Positions 28,796 to 37,574 of a DNA stretch of 64,000 nt are shown one piece after another. Source of the stretch: Rhodobacterales bacterium (GTDB taxonomy: Bacteria; Pseudomonadota; Alphaproteobacteria; Rhodobacterales; Rhodobacteraceae); assembly GCA_038246975.1 (NCBI GenBank), contig JBBRVJ010000001.1, positions 3,719 to 67,718 on the forward strand, in the 5' to 3' direction. Under the pieces are notes generated by a model that saw only the letters and a list, made by a program, of their open reading frames with translations, searched no databases and had not been told where the DNA came from. Position numbers and translations under genes: made by a program. Positions within the stretch are counted from its first letter, which is position 1, and each line of letters starts with the position of its first letter.

Positions 28796-29319
28796 CCGCC
28801 TACCTCCGCCTGACCGACTGGCTCGCCGCACAGGACACCATCCTTCCCACCCTCGCCCGCCTGATCTTTGCTGCCGTGCTGGCAGGGTATTTCTGGGCGT
28901 CTGCTCTGACCAAATTCGACGGCTTCCCCTTCACCCTGTCTACCGGCGCCTTTGCGCAGATTTATCCCAAACAGTTCGAGGCGGTAGGCTATGACGCCAG
29001 CCAACTGGGCCTGATACCCTATCTGGTAACGCTGGCCGGGGCCTATGCCGAAATCATCCTGCCGCTGCTGATCGTGCTGGGCCTGTTGACCCGGCTTGCG
29101 GCGCTGGGGATGATCGGCTTTGTGGTCGTGCAAAGTCTGACCGACATCTGGGGTCACATGGCAGGACCGGACACCATCGGCGCATGGTTCGACCGCGCGC
29201 CCGATGCCCTGATCCTGGATCAACGGGCGTTGTGGGTGCTGTTGCTGACCATCCTCGTGGTCAAGGGCGCAGGCCCGCTGTCGGCGGACCGGGGCTTGCG
29301 TCAGTGGGTATCGGGCTGA
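28792..29319 (+). CDS. DoxX-family integral membrane protein
   Basis: The ATG overlaps the bufC stop (ATGA). 175 aa with about 4 TM helices, DoxX-like. Fourth gene of the buf-type operon. Confidence 0.8.
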   Translation: MTAYLRLTDWLAAQDTILPTLARLIFAAVLAGYFWASALTKFDGFPFTLSTGAFAQIYPKQFEAVGYDASQLGLIPYLVTLAGAYAEIILPLLIVLGLLTRLAALGMIGFVVVQSLTDIWGHMAGPDTIGAWFDRAPDALILDQRALWVLLLTILVVKGAGPLSADRGLRQWVSG

Positions 29320-29687
29320 CGCGCCATCAGCGCCAGCACACCGCCCAGTCCGCACATCGCAATCGGGAACATGGTGAAAACGCCAAAGCCGAAGGCAAAC
29401 AGAATCGCCCCCGCCGCCGCCAGCATCAACACGCCCGCCGCCACATTCTGCGACCGCGCCATCGCCGCCCCGGCAATCGCGAGCAGCGGCGCCAGAAAAC
29501 TTGCCAGTTTTATCAGCGCCGGATTCTGCACTTGCTGGGCAAAATCACCGATTGCGCCATTCTTGGCGATGAACTCGGTGTAGCCATAGCCGAAAAAACC
29601 GATGATCATGGCCCAAAGACCGCCAATCAGACCCAAAGTCAGTGCAGCATTCCGCATGGCCACCCAATCCCGCTTGATTTTCAGCAT
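29301..29687 (-). CDS. Hypothetical small membrane protein
   Basis: Gly/Ala/Phe-rich with about 4 predicted TM segments. Start uncertain (ATG 29687 or 29657). The 3' end overlaps the doxX 3' end by 19 nt (convergent). Confidence 0.5.
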   Translation of the reverse strand: MLKIKRDWVAMRNAALTLGLIGGLWAMIIGFFGYGYTEFIAKNGAIGDFAQQVQNPALIKLASFLAPLLAIAGAAMARSQNVAAGVLMLAAAGAILFAFGFGVFTMFPIAMCGLGGVLALMARQPDTH

Positions 29688-29817
29688 AGCTTTGGCATGA
29701 TTTGCCGCGTGATGACAGGCTTTCCGATTTTGATGCCCGACAGAGGCCACGCGGATACGCCTGAATGCACTGGCCACGGCAATCGCGCCGTGGGGAAGTC
29801 GAGTAAGGAGAGACGGC

Positions 29818-30024
29818 ATGCCCACCGGCACCGTAAAGTGGTTTAACAGCACCAAAGGCTATGGGTTCATTGCACCCGACAATGGCGGCAAAGACATATT
29901 CGTACATATCTCGGCCGTGGAACGCGCCGGGCTCAAGGGCCTGAATGACAACCAGAAGATCGGATTCGAGTTGCAATCGGGCCGCGACGGCAAGGAATCT
30001 GCGGCGGATCTGCGCCTGCTTTAG
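29818..30024 (+). CDS. cspA: Cold-shock protein, CspA family
   Basis: MPTGTVKWFNSTKGYGFIAPDNGGKDIFVHISAV, with RNP1/RNP2 motifs. 68 aa. Confidence 0.95.
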   Translation: MPTGTVKWFNSTKGYGFIAPDNGGKDIFVHISAVERAGLKGLNDNQKIGFELQSGRDGKESAADLRLL

Positions 30025-30347
30025 GCGGTGACGGCGGCTTCGACGTCTGCGTCCCAGCCCAGCCAGAAGCGCCCCTGTTCCTCGATCACCGGGCGCTTCA
30101 TCACGGTCGGCTGTGCGGCAATCTGCGCCTCGGGGTCCGAGACGCGCAAAAAGTCGCTGAACCCACGGTAGGTCGTCGATTGCTTGTTGATCAGGCGGTC
30201 GCCGAATTCGATCACCAGACGGTCGATTTCATCCGCTGAAAGGGGTTCGGCGCGCACGTCGCGGAAGGTCACAAACTTGCCCGCCCTTTCCAGCGCCTTG
30301 ATCGCCTTTTTCGTCGTGTCACAGGTCGAAATGCCGTAAACGATCAT
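30021..30347 (-). CDS. ArsC/Spx/MgsR-family protein (YffB-like)
   Basis: MIVYGISTCDTTKKAIKALERAGKFVTFRDV.... 108 aa. Confidence 0.8.
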   Translation of the reverse strand: MIVYGISTCDTTKKAIKALERAGKFVTFRDVRAEPLSADEIDRLVIEFGDRLINKQSTTYRGFSDFLRVSDPEAQIAAQPTVMKRPVIEEQGRFWLGWDADVEAAVTA

Positions 30348-30401
30348 CGCATCTCCTTTTGGTTGGCCCGCCATACACCGTGGCGAAGCTTTGGCAAAGG
30401 A

Positions 30402-30797
30402 TCAGGTGGTCAGCGCCCGTGTGATCGCCACGCCTGCCCAAGCCGAGAAGGCCGTCAGAACCGTGCCCCAGGTGGTATCGACCGCCACCATCGACCAATG
30501 CCAATCCTTCATGATCGCAAAGCTGGTGAACTCATAGGTACCATAAGCCATCGCCCCGATGATCGCCGCCGGGATCAGAATGGGTGCGTCGTTCTTCAAC
30601 CCTTCCCACGACACCAGATAGATCAACCCCGCGACGTAAGCCGCATAAAATGCCGCCGCAGGCCCAAACCGGAATGAGTCCAACATCAGCGCGCCGATAT
30701 GTTGCTGAAACAGCGGCTTCATCACGAAGGTCAGCATGATCGCATCAACGATCAGAAACACGGTTGCGGTCGAGAGATAGAGGATGGCAAGTTGCAT
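30402..30797 (-). CDS. DUF2177-family membrane protein
   Basis: 131 aa with 4 TM segments; ...GAMAYGTYEFTSFAIMKDWHWSMVAVDTTWG is a DUF2177-like motif. Confidence 0.7.
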   Translation of the reverse strand: MQLAILYLSTATVFLIVDAIMLTFVMKPLFQQHIGALMLDSFRFGPAAAFYAAYVAGLIYLVSWEGLKNDAPILIPAAIIGAMAYGTYEFTSFAIMKDWHWSMVAVDTTWGTVLTAFSAWAGVAITRALTT

Positions 30798-30844
30798 AGG
30801 ATTCTCCTTTGCCCTGATCTATACCAAGGCTGCTTGAAGGCAAC

Positions 30845-31690
30845 TCATGCCGCCGCCCATCCGTTCCGGATATGCGCAAATCCTTCGCGGTAGACCGCCT
30901 CGGGCGATTCGGCAAAGTCGCGCCAGACCCTGGTTGCGGCGGCAAGGTCCGGCAAGCCGCGTCCGAAGGATTCAATCGTCAGCCAGTCGTCATAGCCCGA
31001 CGCCTTGATCGCGGCAAAGGTCTCGGCCCACGGCACATTCCCCCGCCCCGGCACGCCGCGGTCATTCTCGGAGATATGCACATGCACGATGTTGCGCAGG
31101 TGTCTGGTGAAAGCCGCGATCGGATCGGTCTCCTCGATGTTGGCGTGAAAGGTATCATACATCGCGCGGATATGCGGGTGGCCGATAGCGTCGATGTGGT
31201 CCGACAGGGCCTGCATCGTGTTCACCAGATAGCATTCGAACCGGTTCAGCGCCTCCAGCCCGATGGTCACCCCCCGCGCGCCCGCATGATCGCCGATTGC
31301 CCGCTGTGCCGCGACAGACCGCCCGATTTCGTCATGGGTCGGCCCAAACCCCGAGAAATGGCCAAGCGTCGAATGCAACGGCCCCGACAGCGTCTTTGCC
31401 CCCAACGCCTGCGCGCAGTCGATCACATGGCGCATCCGCGCGATGCCTGCCGCCCGCGCCGCCTTGTCACCGATCAGGTTCATCCCCGGATCGCCCATCG
31501 CGCTGACCGCCGTGCGGTCAAGGCCGATATCGTCGAGCAACGCGCCAAGCCTCGCATAATGATCGGGATCGCCGTCGAAAATCGGAATCTCCACCCCGTC
31601 GAACCCGGTGGCCCTGATGTCGCGCAGCAGGTCCTCGTGATCCGGCGTGACATTGGTTGTCCACAGGAGCATGCACATGCCGATCTTCAT
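30845..31690 (-). CDS. Xylose-isomerase-like TIM-barrel protein, ketose 3-epimerase (DTE/DPE)-like
   Basis: By-eye similarity to D-psicose/D-tagatose 3-epimerases: LEALNRFE, NT, YDTFHANIEE, HVHISENDRGVPGRGNVPW, VWRD. Confidence 0.8.
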   Translation of the reverse strand: MKIGMCMLLWTTNVTPDHEDLLRDIRATGFDGVEIPIFDGDPDHYARLGALLDDIGLDRTAVSAMGDPGMNLIGDKAARAAGIARMRHVIDCAQALGAKTLSGPLHSTLGHFSGFGPTHDEIGRSVAAQRAIGDHAGARGVTIGLEALNRFECYLVNTMQALSDHIDAIGHPHIRAMYDTFHANIEETDPIAAFTRHLRNIVHVHISENDRGVPGRGNVPWAETFAAIKASGYDDWLTIESFGRGLPDLAAATRVWRDFAESPEAVYREGFAHIRNGWAAA

Positions 31691-31693
31691 GTC

Positions 31694-32755
31694 CTACAAC
31701 CCCATCAAGCGCGCCAGCAACGCCGGATCGCTGCCGCCGCCTGCGAAATCGTCGAATGCCTTTTCGGTCAGCTGGATGATGTGTTTCTGGATGAAGGGGG
31801 CGCCCTCTGCCGCGCCGTCCTCGGGGTGTTTCAGGCAGCATTCCCATTCCAGCACCGCCCAGCGGTCATAGCCATACTGCGCCAGACGCGAGAAGATGCC
31901 GCTGAAATCGACCTGCCCGTCGCCCAGACTGCGGAACCGCCCCGCGCGGTTCATCCAGCTTTGATAGCCCGAATAGACACCCTGCCTGCCCGTCGGGTTG
32001 AACTCGGCATCCTTGACGTGGAAGGCCGAAATACGTTCGTGATAGATGTCGATGAAGGCCAGATAATCCATCTGCTGCAACAAAAAGTGGCTGGGGTCGT
32101 AATTGATGGTGCACCGCTTGTGCCCGCCGACCGCATCCAGGAACATCTCGAACGTCGCCCCGTCGAACACATCCTCGCCGGGGTGAATCTCATAGCCCAG
32201 ATCGACGCCCGCATCTTCATAGGCATTCAGAATCGGCATCCAACGCCGCCCCAATTCGGCAAAGGCCGTCTCGATCAACCCCTGCGGGCGCTGCGGCCAC
32301 GGGTAGATATAAGGAAAGGCGAGGCTGCCGGTAAAAGTGACACAGGCCGCAAGCCCCATATTGGCGCTGGCGCGGGCCCCCATCATCATCTGATCGACCG
32401 CCCATTCCTGCCGCGCCTTGGGGTTGCCATGCACGTGCGACGGCGCAAACCCGTCGAACTGCGCGTCGTAGGCCGGGTTCACCGCGACCAGCTGGCCTTG
32501 CAGGTGGGTCGAAAGCTCGGTCACCTCGACCCCGCCTTCGGCACAAATTCCCTTGACCTCGTCGCAATAGGTTTTCGACTCCGCCGCCTTGGCCAGATCG
32601 AACAGCCGCCCGTCCCAAGTGGGAATCTGCACGCCTTTGTAGCCCAGGGACCCCGCCCATTTGGTGATCGCAGGCAGGCTGTTGAACGGGGCCGCATCCC
32701 CCGCGAACTGCGCCAGAAATATCCCCGGACCCTTCATCGTCGCCGCCATCGTCAT
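31694..32755 (-). CDS. Sugar phosphate isomerase/epimerase-family TIM-barrel protein (353 aa)
   Basis: MTMAATMKGPGIFLAQFAG..., YEIHPGED, NYDPSHF, FHVKDAE, LEWE metal-ligand style motifs. ATG at 32755 preferred. Confidence 0.8.
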   Translation of the reverse strand: MTMAATMKGPGIFLAQFAGDAAPFNSLPAITKWAGSLGYKGVQIPTWDGRLFDLAKAAESKTYCDEVKGICAEGGVEVTELSTHLQGQLVAVNPAYDAQFDGFAPSHVHGNPKARQEWAVDQMMMGARASANMGLAACVTFTGSLAFPYIYPWPQRPQGLIETAFAELGRRWMPILNAYEDAGVDLGYEIHPGEDVFDGATFEMFLDAVGGHKRCTINYDPSHFLLQQMDYLAFIDIYHERISAFHVKDAEFNPTGRQGVYSGYQSWMNRAGRFRSLGDGQVDFSGIFSRLAQYGYDRWAVLEWECCLKHPEDGAAEGAPFIQKHIIQLTEKAFDDFAGGGSDPALLARLMGL

Positions 32756-32980
32756 GCCCTCCGCAAAATGCTGCCCGTTGGCCGTACCGTGCCCAATTGC
32801 ACAGGCCCGCGTCAAGCCACGGCTTGCGGTGGTCATACCAAATTTTTCAGCCACCATCCCACCCGATTGTCGGCATTCAACGCGATAAATCAGTATTTCC
32901 AGTACTTTCACCGCCAGGTCTCCCCTTTCGACAGTCCGCTTGCGAAAGCGTTATCGCTACGCTAGGAATGGATCGAAGCT

Positions 32981-32997
32981 ATCTGGTCCTACCAGAT
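32981..32997. promoter_or_regulatory. FadR-type operator palindrome ATCTGGT-cct-ACCAGAT in a divergent promoter
   Basis: Perfect 7-bp arms. It lies between the minus-strand TIM-barrel operon (start 32755) and the plus-strand operon (start 33063) that contains a FadR-subfamily GntR regulator. Confidence 0.5.
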
Positions 32998-33062
32998 CAG
33001 CCGCCACTTGCCCGCTGCAGATGACGGGCCACGGGGAACCGATACACCACATGGGGGAACTG

Positions 33063-33950
33063 ATGCATCTTTCGACACATAACTGGATGCGGGCCGAACC
33101 GCTGGAGGTCACGCTGCGGCGGATCAGGAAATACGGCTACGAGTCCATCGAAATCTCGGGCGAGCCTGCGCAATACCCGGTCAAGGAAACCCGCGCGCTG
33201 CTCAAGGAACACGGGATTCGCTGCTGGGGGGGCGTCACGCTGACGCTGGGCGAACGCAATCTGGCGGCCAGGGACGAAGGCCAGCGCGCCCGTTCGGTGG
33301 ATTATGTGAAATCCGTGCTGACGATGATCTCTGAACTGGAAGGCGAGATCATCACGCTGGTCCCGGCCACCGTGGGCAAAGTGGTGCCTGATGCGACACC
33401 CGAGGAAGAATGGAAATGGGTGGTCGACGCCACCAGGGAATGTTTCGCCCACGCTCAAAAGGTCGGCGTCAAGGTCGCGATCGAACCGCTGAACCGGTTC
33501 GAGACCTACTTCTTCAACCGCGCCGCACAAGCGCTGGCCTTGGCCGACGCCGTCCACCCCGATTGCGGCGTGTGTCTGGACGCCTATCACCTGAACATGG
33601 AGGAAGCGAACGTCCACGACGCGATCCGCCTTGCGGGCAACCGTCTGTTCGACTTCCACGTCGCCGACAACAACCGCTTTGCGGCGGGCCTTGGCCATTT
33701 CGACTGGAAAGCCATCATCGCCACCTTGCGCGAGATCGGCTATGACGGCGCGCTGACCAACGAATTCGTGGCCCCGGTGGACCGCACGCCCGCCGCGATC
33801 TACCCCGACATGGTGGAACGCAACCCGGTCGATATTTCGCCCGAACAGTTGAAGTTCATTCAGGATCACGGCTCGTCCGTGCTGACCGAGGCGTTCTATG
33901 ACGATCAGATGCGCATCACCGCCGAAACCCTGCTGCCCCTGATCAAGTGA
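33063..33950 (+). CDS. Xylose-isomerase-like TIM-barrel protein (sugar phosphate isomerase/epimerase family)
   Basis: IEPLNRFETYF, LDAYHLNMEE, FHVADNNR, NEF motifs. 295 aa from the ATG at 33063 (alternative 33051). Confidence 0.8.
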   Translation: MHLSTHNWMRAEPLEVTLRRIRKYGYESIEISGEPAQYPVKETRALLKEHGIRCWGGVTLTLGERNLAARDEGQRARSVDYVKSVLTMISELEGEIITLVPATVGKVVPDATPEEEWKWVVDATRECFAHAQKVGVKVAIEPLNRFETYFFNRAAQALALADAVHPDCGVCLDAYHLNMEEANVHDAIRLAGNRLFDFHVADNNRFAAGLGHFDWKAIIATLREIGYDGALTNEFVAPVDRTPAAIYPDMVERNPVDISPEQLKFIQDHGSSVLTEAFYDDQMRITAETLLPLIK

Positions 33951-33954
33951 CCCC

Positions 33955-35124
33955 ATGCGGATCAAGAGCGCCGAAAGCTGGTGGGTTTCGATCCCGATCG
34001 AGGCCGCCCGCCAGCACCGCAGCGACTTCGGCACGCTGACCACCTTCGACGCCGCCATCTTGCGGATCGAGACGGACGACGGTCTGGTCGGCTGGGGCGA
34101 AGGCAAGAACGCGGCCGGGTCGGCGGGGAACTATGCGGGGCTGGTGCATCTGCTGAACATCGAGGTCGCCCCGCAACTGATTGGCCGCCATGCGGGCGAC
34201 ATCACCGCGATCTGGGAAAGCCTGTATAACGGCGTGCGGGCGGGGGCGGCCGCCAGACACGGCCACGCGATGCCCGGCCTGTCGCGCCGGGGCCTGACGC
34301 TGGCCGCGATCAGTGCGGTGGACATCGCGCTGTGGGACATTCTGGGCAAGCATCTGAACCAGCCGATCTGGGCGCTGCTGGGGGGCCGCAAGGCCGACCG
34401 GCTGCCCGCCTACGCTTCGGGTGGCTGGGCCAATGCCGAACAGATCGGCCCGCAACTGCAAAGCTATATCGACCTTGGCGGCTTCAGGTCCGTCAAGATG
34501 CGGGTCGGCTCGATGGACGCCGCCCCCCACATCAGCGCAGCCCGCGTTCGCGTCGCGCGCGCAGCCCTCGGCCCCGGCATCGAAATCGCCGTCGATGCCC
34601 ACGGCACCTATACCGTGGCCGAGGCGAAACGCTTTGCCCATATGGTCGCCGACTGCGACCTTGCGTGGTTCGAGGAACCGGTGATCGGCGACGACAAACC
34701 CGGCATGGCAGAGGTCCGCGCCGCCGCAACCATACCCATCGCCGCAGGCGAATCCGAATGCAGCCGGTTCGATTTCCGCGATCTGATTACCGGCAGATGC
34801 GTCGATATCCTGCAACCCGACCCGGCCTTCTGCGGCGGCATCACCGAAACCATGCGCATCGCGGCGCTGGCGTCCGCCTTCAACCTGCGGTTCGCGCCGC
34901 ATCTGTGGGCTGGCGCGCCATGCTTCTTTGCGGGTCTGCATTGCTGCGCCGCCTCGCCCGCCGCCTTTACCGTCGAGTACTCCTGCGGCGCAAACCCGAT
35001 GATCCACGACCTGTCCGCCACGCCCATCGCCGCGCAGGACGGGATGATCGCCATCCCCGATGGACCCGGCCTTGGGTTGCAGCTATCGGAACGCACCCTG
35101 AAGGAATTCGCAAAGCGCCCCTGA
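33955..35124 (+). CDS. Enolase-superfamily enzyme, mandelate racemase/acid-sugar dehydratase subgroup
   Basis: 389 aa. Metal ligands in DAHG / FEEP / AGES contexts; a K-x-R (VKMRVG) at the KxK position; His in APHLW. Confidence 0.85.
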   Translation: MRIKSAESWWVSIPIEAARQHRSDFGTLTTFDAAILRIETDDGLVGWGEGKNAAGSAGNYAGLVHLLNIEVAPQLIGRHAGDITAIWESLYNGVRAGAAARHGHAMPGLSRRGLTLAAISAVDIALWDILGKHLNQPIWALLGGRKADRLPAYASGGWANAEQIGPQLQSYIDLGGFRSVKMRVGSMDAAPHISAARVRVARAALGPGIEIAVDAHGTYTVAEAKRFAHMVADCDLAWFEEPVIGDDKPGMAEVRAAATIPIAAGESECSRFDFRDLITGRCVDILQPDPAFCGGITETMRIAALASAFNLRFAPHLWAGAPCFFAGLHCCAASPAAFTVEYSCGANPMIHDLSATPIAAQDGMIAIPDGPGLGLQLSERTLKEFAKRP

Positions 35125-35811
35125 ATGTCGGAAAAGAACCTGCTCTCGGATCTTGCGGCCCATCTTTACGCCTCGTCGCACGCGGACAGCGGACGCACGC
35201 CTTCGGAACGCGAATTGGCCGAACATTTCGCCGTCAGCCGGGGGCAGATTCGCGAAACGCTGGCGGTGCTGGAGGCCATGCGCATCGTCGAACGCCGCGC
35301 GAAATCCGGCATCTACCTGACCACGCGCTTTGCCTCGGTCGACGCGCTGGCCCTGTTTGCGCAGGCCGGTCTGCCGCTGGACCCGATCCAGATCTACGAG
35401 ACGGTCGAGTTGCGCAAGATCCATGAAATCAAGGCCGCCGAACTGGCCAGCCTGCGCGCCAACGACGAAAACTTCGACCGCCTGAAACAGGTGCTGGACC
35501 AGTCCGAAGCGCGGATCGCGGCGGGCGAACACCTGGGTGACGAAGACCGCGACTTTCATCTCGAAATTGTTCGCGCGACGCAGAACACCGTGTTTTACAA
35601 CGTCTGCAGCGTCTACTACGCGATCGGGGTCCGCCGCTTGCCGATCTATTTCAGCGACCCGGCCCGTTGTCGCAAATCCCACGCGGAACACCTGCAAATC
35701 TTCGACGCGCTGCGCCGCCGCGATGCCAATCTGGCGCAAGCGCTGATGTCGTCGCATCTTGCCGGGGCCGAGGGGTACTGGAAGGGTTTGATCACCGGAA
35801 AAGCGCCATGA
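35125..35811 (+). CDS. GntR-family transcriptional regulator, FadR (FCD) subfamily
   Basis: ERELAEHFAVSRGQIRETLAVLEAMRIVERR wHTH plus an all-helical FCD C-domain. 228 aa. Confidence 0.85.
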   Translation: MSEKNLLSDLAAHLYASSHADSGRTPSERELAEHFAVSRGQIRETLAVLEAMRIVERRAKSGIYLTTRFASVDALALFAQAGLPLDPIQIYETVELRKIHEIKAAELASLRANDENFDRLKQVLDQSEARIAAGEHLGDEDRDFHLEIVRATQNTVFYNVCSVYYAIGVRRLPIYFSDPARCRKSHAEHLQIFDALRRRDANLAQALMSSHLAGAEGYWKGLITGKAP

Positions 35812-36758
35812 TCGTCTATTCGACACACACCCTCCACCCCGCCGTTACCGCCCGCCTTCGGTCGATCTGCGATTATCGCGTCGGGTCCACCCCGACCGCG
35901 ACGATGGCCGAGGGGTTGGAGGCCGACATCATCATCGTCCGCGCCCCGATCCCGCCGGAATACTTCACCGCTGCCCCCCGGCTGATCGCCGCCGTCCGCC
36001 ACGGCGCGGGGCTGGACATGATCCCGATGGAGGCCGCGACGGCGGCAGGCGTGGTCGTCGCCAACGTCCCCGGCGCGAACGCCAGTACCGTCGCTGAATA
36101 CGCGATCTTTGCCGCCCTGTCGCTCCTGCGCCGCGCGCCGCAGATTACGGCCGCTTTGCGCAGCACAGGATGGACCGCCGCGCGCAACATGACCGAGGAA
36201 AGCCGCGATCTGGCCACCCGGACTTTGGGCATTTACGGTTTCGGCAACATCGGTCAGGCGCTGCACCGCCTTGGCACCGCGTTCGGCATGACAACCGCCG
36301 CCCACACCCGCCGCCCCGAAAGCCTGCCCGCCGATGTGACGCCCCTGACGCTGGACGCGCTGTGCGCCGCGTCCGACGTGCTGGTCATCTGCTGCCCGCT
36401 GACGCCCGAGACGCACGGCTCGATCAACGCCGCACGCATCGGTTCGATGAAACCGGGTTCCGCCCTGATCAACGTCGCACGCGGCCCGATCGTCGACACG
36501 GCAGCCCTGATCACCGCCCTGCAAACCCGCCCGATCAGTGCCGCACTGGACGTGTTCGACACCCAACCCCTGCCCGACGACAGCCCGCTTTGGCGGCTGC
36601 CCAACGTGATGCTGACCCCGCACATCGCGGGCATCACCCAGGACAGCATGTTGCGGATGGGTCGGGGCACGGCTGACGAGGTGGCGCGCCTCATCAACGG
36701 GCACTGGCCGGTCAACCTGTGCAACCCCGGTGTGGTGCCACGGGTGCCGCTGACCTGA
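35808..36758 (+). CDS. D-isomer-specific 2-hydroxyacid dehydrogenase, NAD(P)-binding
   Basis: The ATG overlaps the GntR stop (ATGA). GIYGFGNIGQAL Rossmann motif; catalytic-type R...E...H context (NVARG..., TPHIAG). Confidence 0.85.
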   Translation: MIVYSTHTLHPAVTARLRSICDYRVGSTPTATMAEGLEADIIIVRAPIPPEYFTAAPRLIAAVRHGAGLDMIPMEAATAAGVVVANVPGANASTVAEYAIFAALSLLRRAPQITAALRSTGWTAARNMTEESRDLATRTLGIYGFGNIGQALHRLGTAFGMTTAAHTRRPESLPADVTPLTLDALCAASDVLVICCPLTPETHGSINAARIGSMKPGSALINVARGPIVDTAALITALQTRPISAALDVFDTQPLPDDSPLWRLPNVMLTPHIAGITQDSMLRMGRGTADEVARLINGHWPVNLCNPGVVPRVPLT

Positions 36759-36761
36759 TGC

Positions 36762-37550
36762 CTAAAGGTTGCCCGCCTGCGGCATCCCCAACACATGATA
36801 CCCGCCATCGACCCGCAAAATCTCGCCGGTCGTGCACGCCCCATAGTCCGAGGCAAGGAACACCGCAGCCCCGCCCACCGTTTCCAGCGTCGCATTGACC
36901 CGCAGCGGCGCGTTTGCCTCGGTATGGCGGAACGTGGCCCGCGCGCCGCCAATCGCCGCCCCCGCCAGCGTTTTCATCGGCCCCGGAGACACCGCGTTGA
37001 CCCGGATGCCCTGCGGTCCCAGATCGTTCGCCAGATAGCGCACCGCCGATTCCAGCGCTGCCTTGGCGACCCCCATCACATTGTAATTCGGCGTCACCCG
37101 GTTGGACCCCTGAAAGGTCAGCGTGATCAGCGAACCGCCATCCGGCATCATCTCTGCCGCGCGGCGCGCCACGTCAATGAAGCTGAAACAGGAGATTGAC
37201 AGTGAATTGCGGAAATTCTCGCGGGTGGTGTTGATGAACCGACCCGTCAATTCGGTCTTGTCCGAAAACGCAATGGCATGCACCAGAAAGTCGATCGTCC
37301 CCCACCGCAAGGCCAAGGCCGCGAAACAGGCGTCCAGACTGGCGTCGTTCATCACATCGACGTCGACCAGAAAATCTGATCCGACACTGGCGGCCAAAGG
37401 CTCCACCCGTTTGCCGAACGCCTCGCCCTGATAGGAAAACGCCAGTTCCGCCCCTTCGGCCGCCATCGCGCGGGCAATGCCCCAGGCAATCGAGCGATCA
37501 TTGGCCACGCCCATGATCAGCCCGCGTTTGCCCTTCATCAGATCAGCCAT
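36762..37550 (-). CDS. fabI: Enoyl-[ACP] reductase (NADH) FabI
   Basis: MADLMKGKRGLIMGVANDRSIAWGIA..., typical FabI. 262 aa. Confidence 0.95.
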   Translation of the reverse strand: MADLMKGKRGLIMGVANDRSIAWGIARAMAAEGAELAFSYQGEAFGKRVEPLAASVGSDFLVDVDVMNDASLDACFAALALRWGTIDFLVHAIAFSDKTELTGRFINTTRENFRNSLSISCFSFIDVARRAAEMMPDGGSLITLTFQGSNRVTPNYNVMGVAKAALESAVRYLANDLGPQGIRVNAVSPGPMKTLAGAAIGGARATFRHTEANAPLRVNATLETVGGAAVFLASDYGACTTGEILRVDGGYHVLGMPQAGNL

Positions 37551-37574
37551 TGAGCCGCTCCTGTGCCTGTCGGA

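Noticed and set aside
29688-29817. Cold-shock thermosensor 5'-UTR upstream of cspA
   Set aside because: A 130-nt GC-poorer leader is plausible, but I could not identify a cold-box or define a structure by eye.
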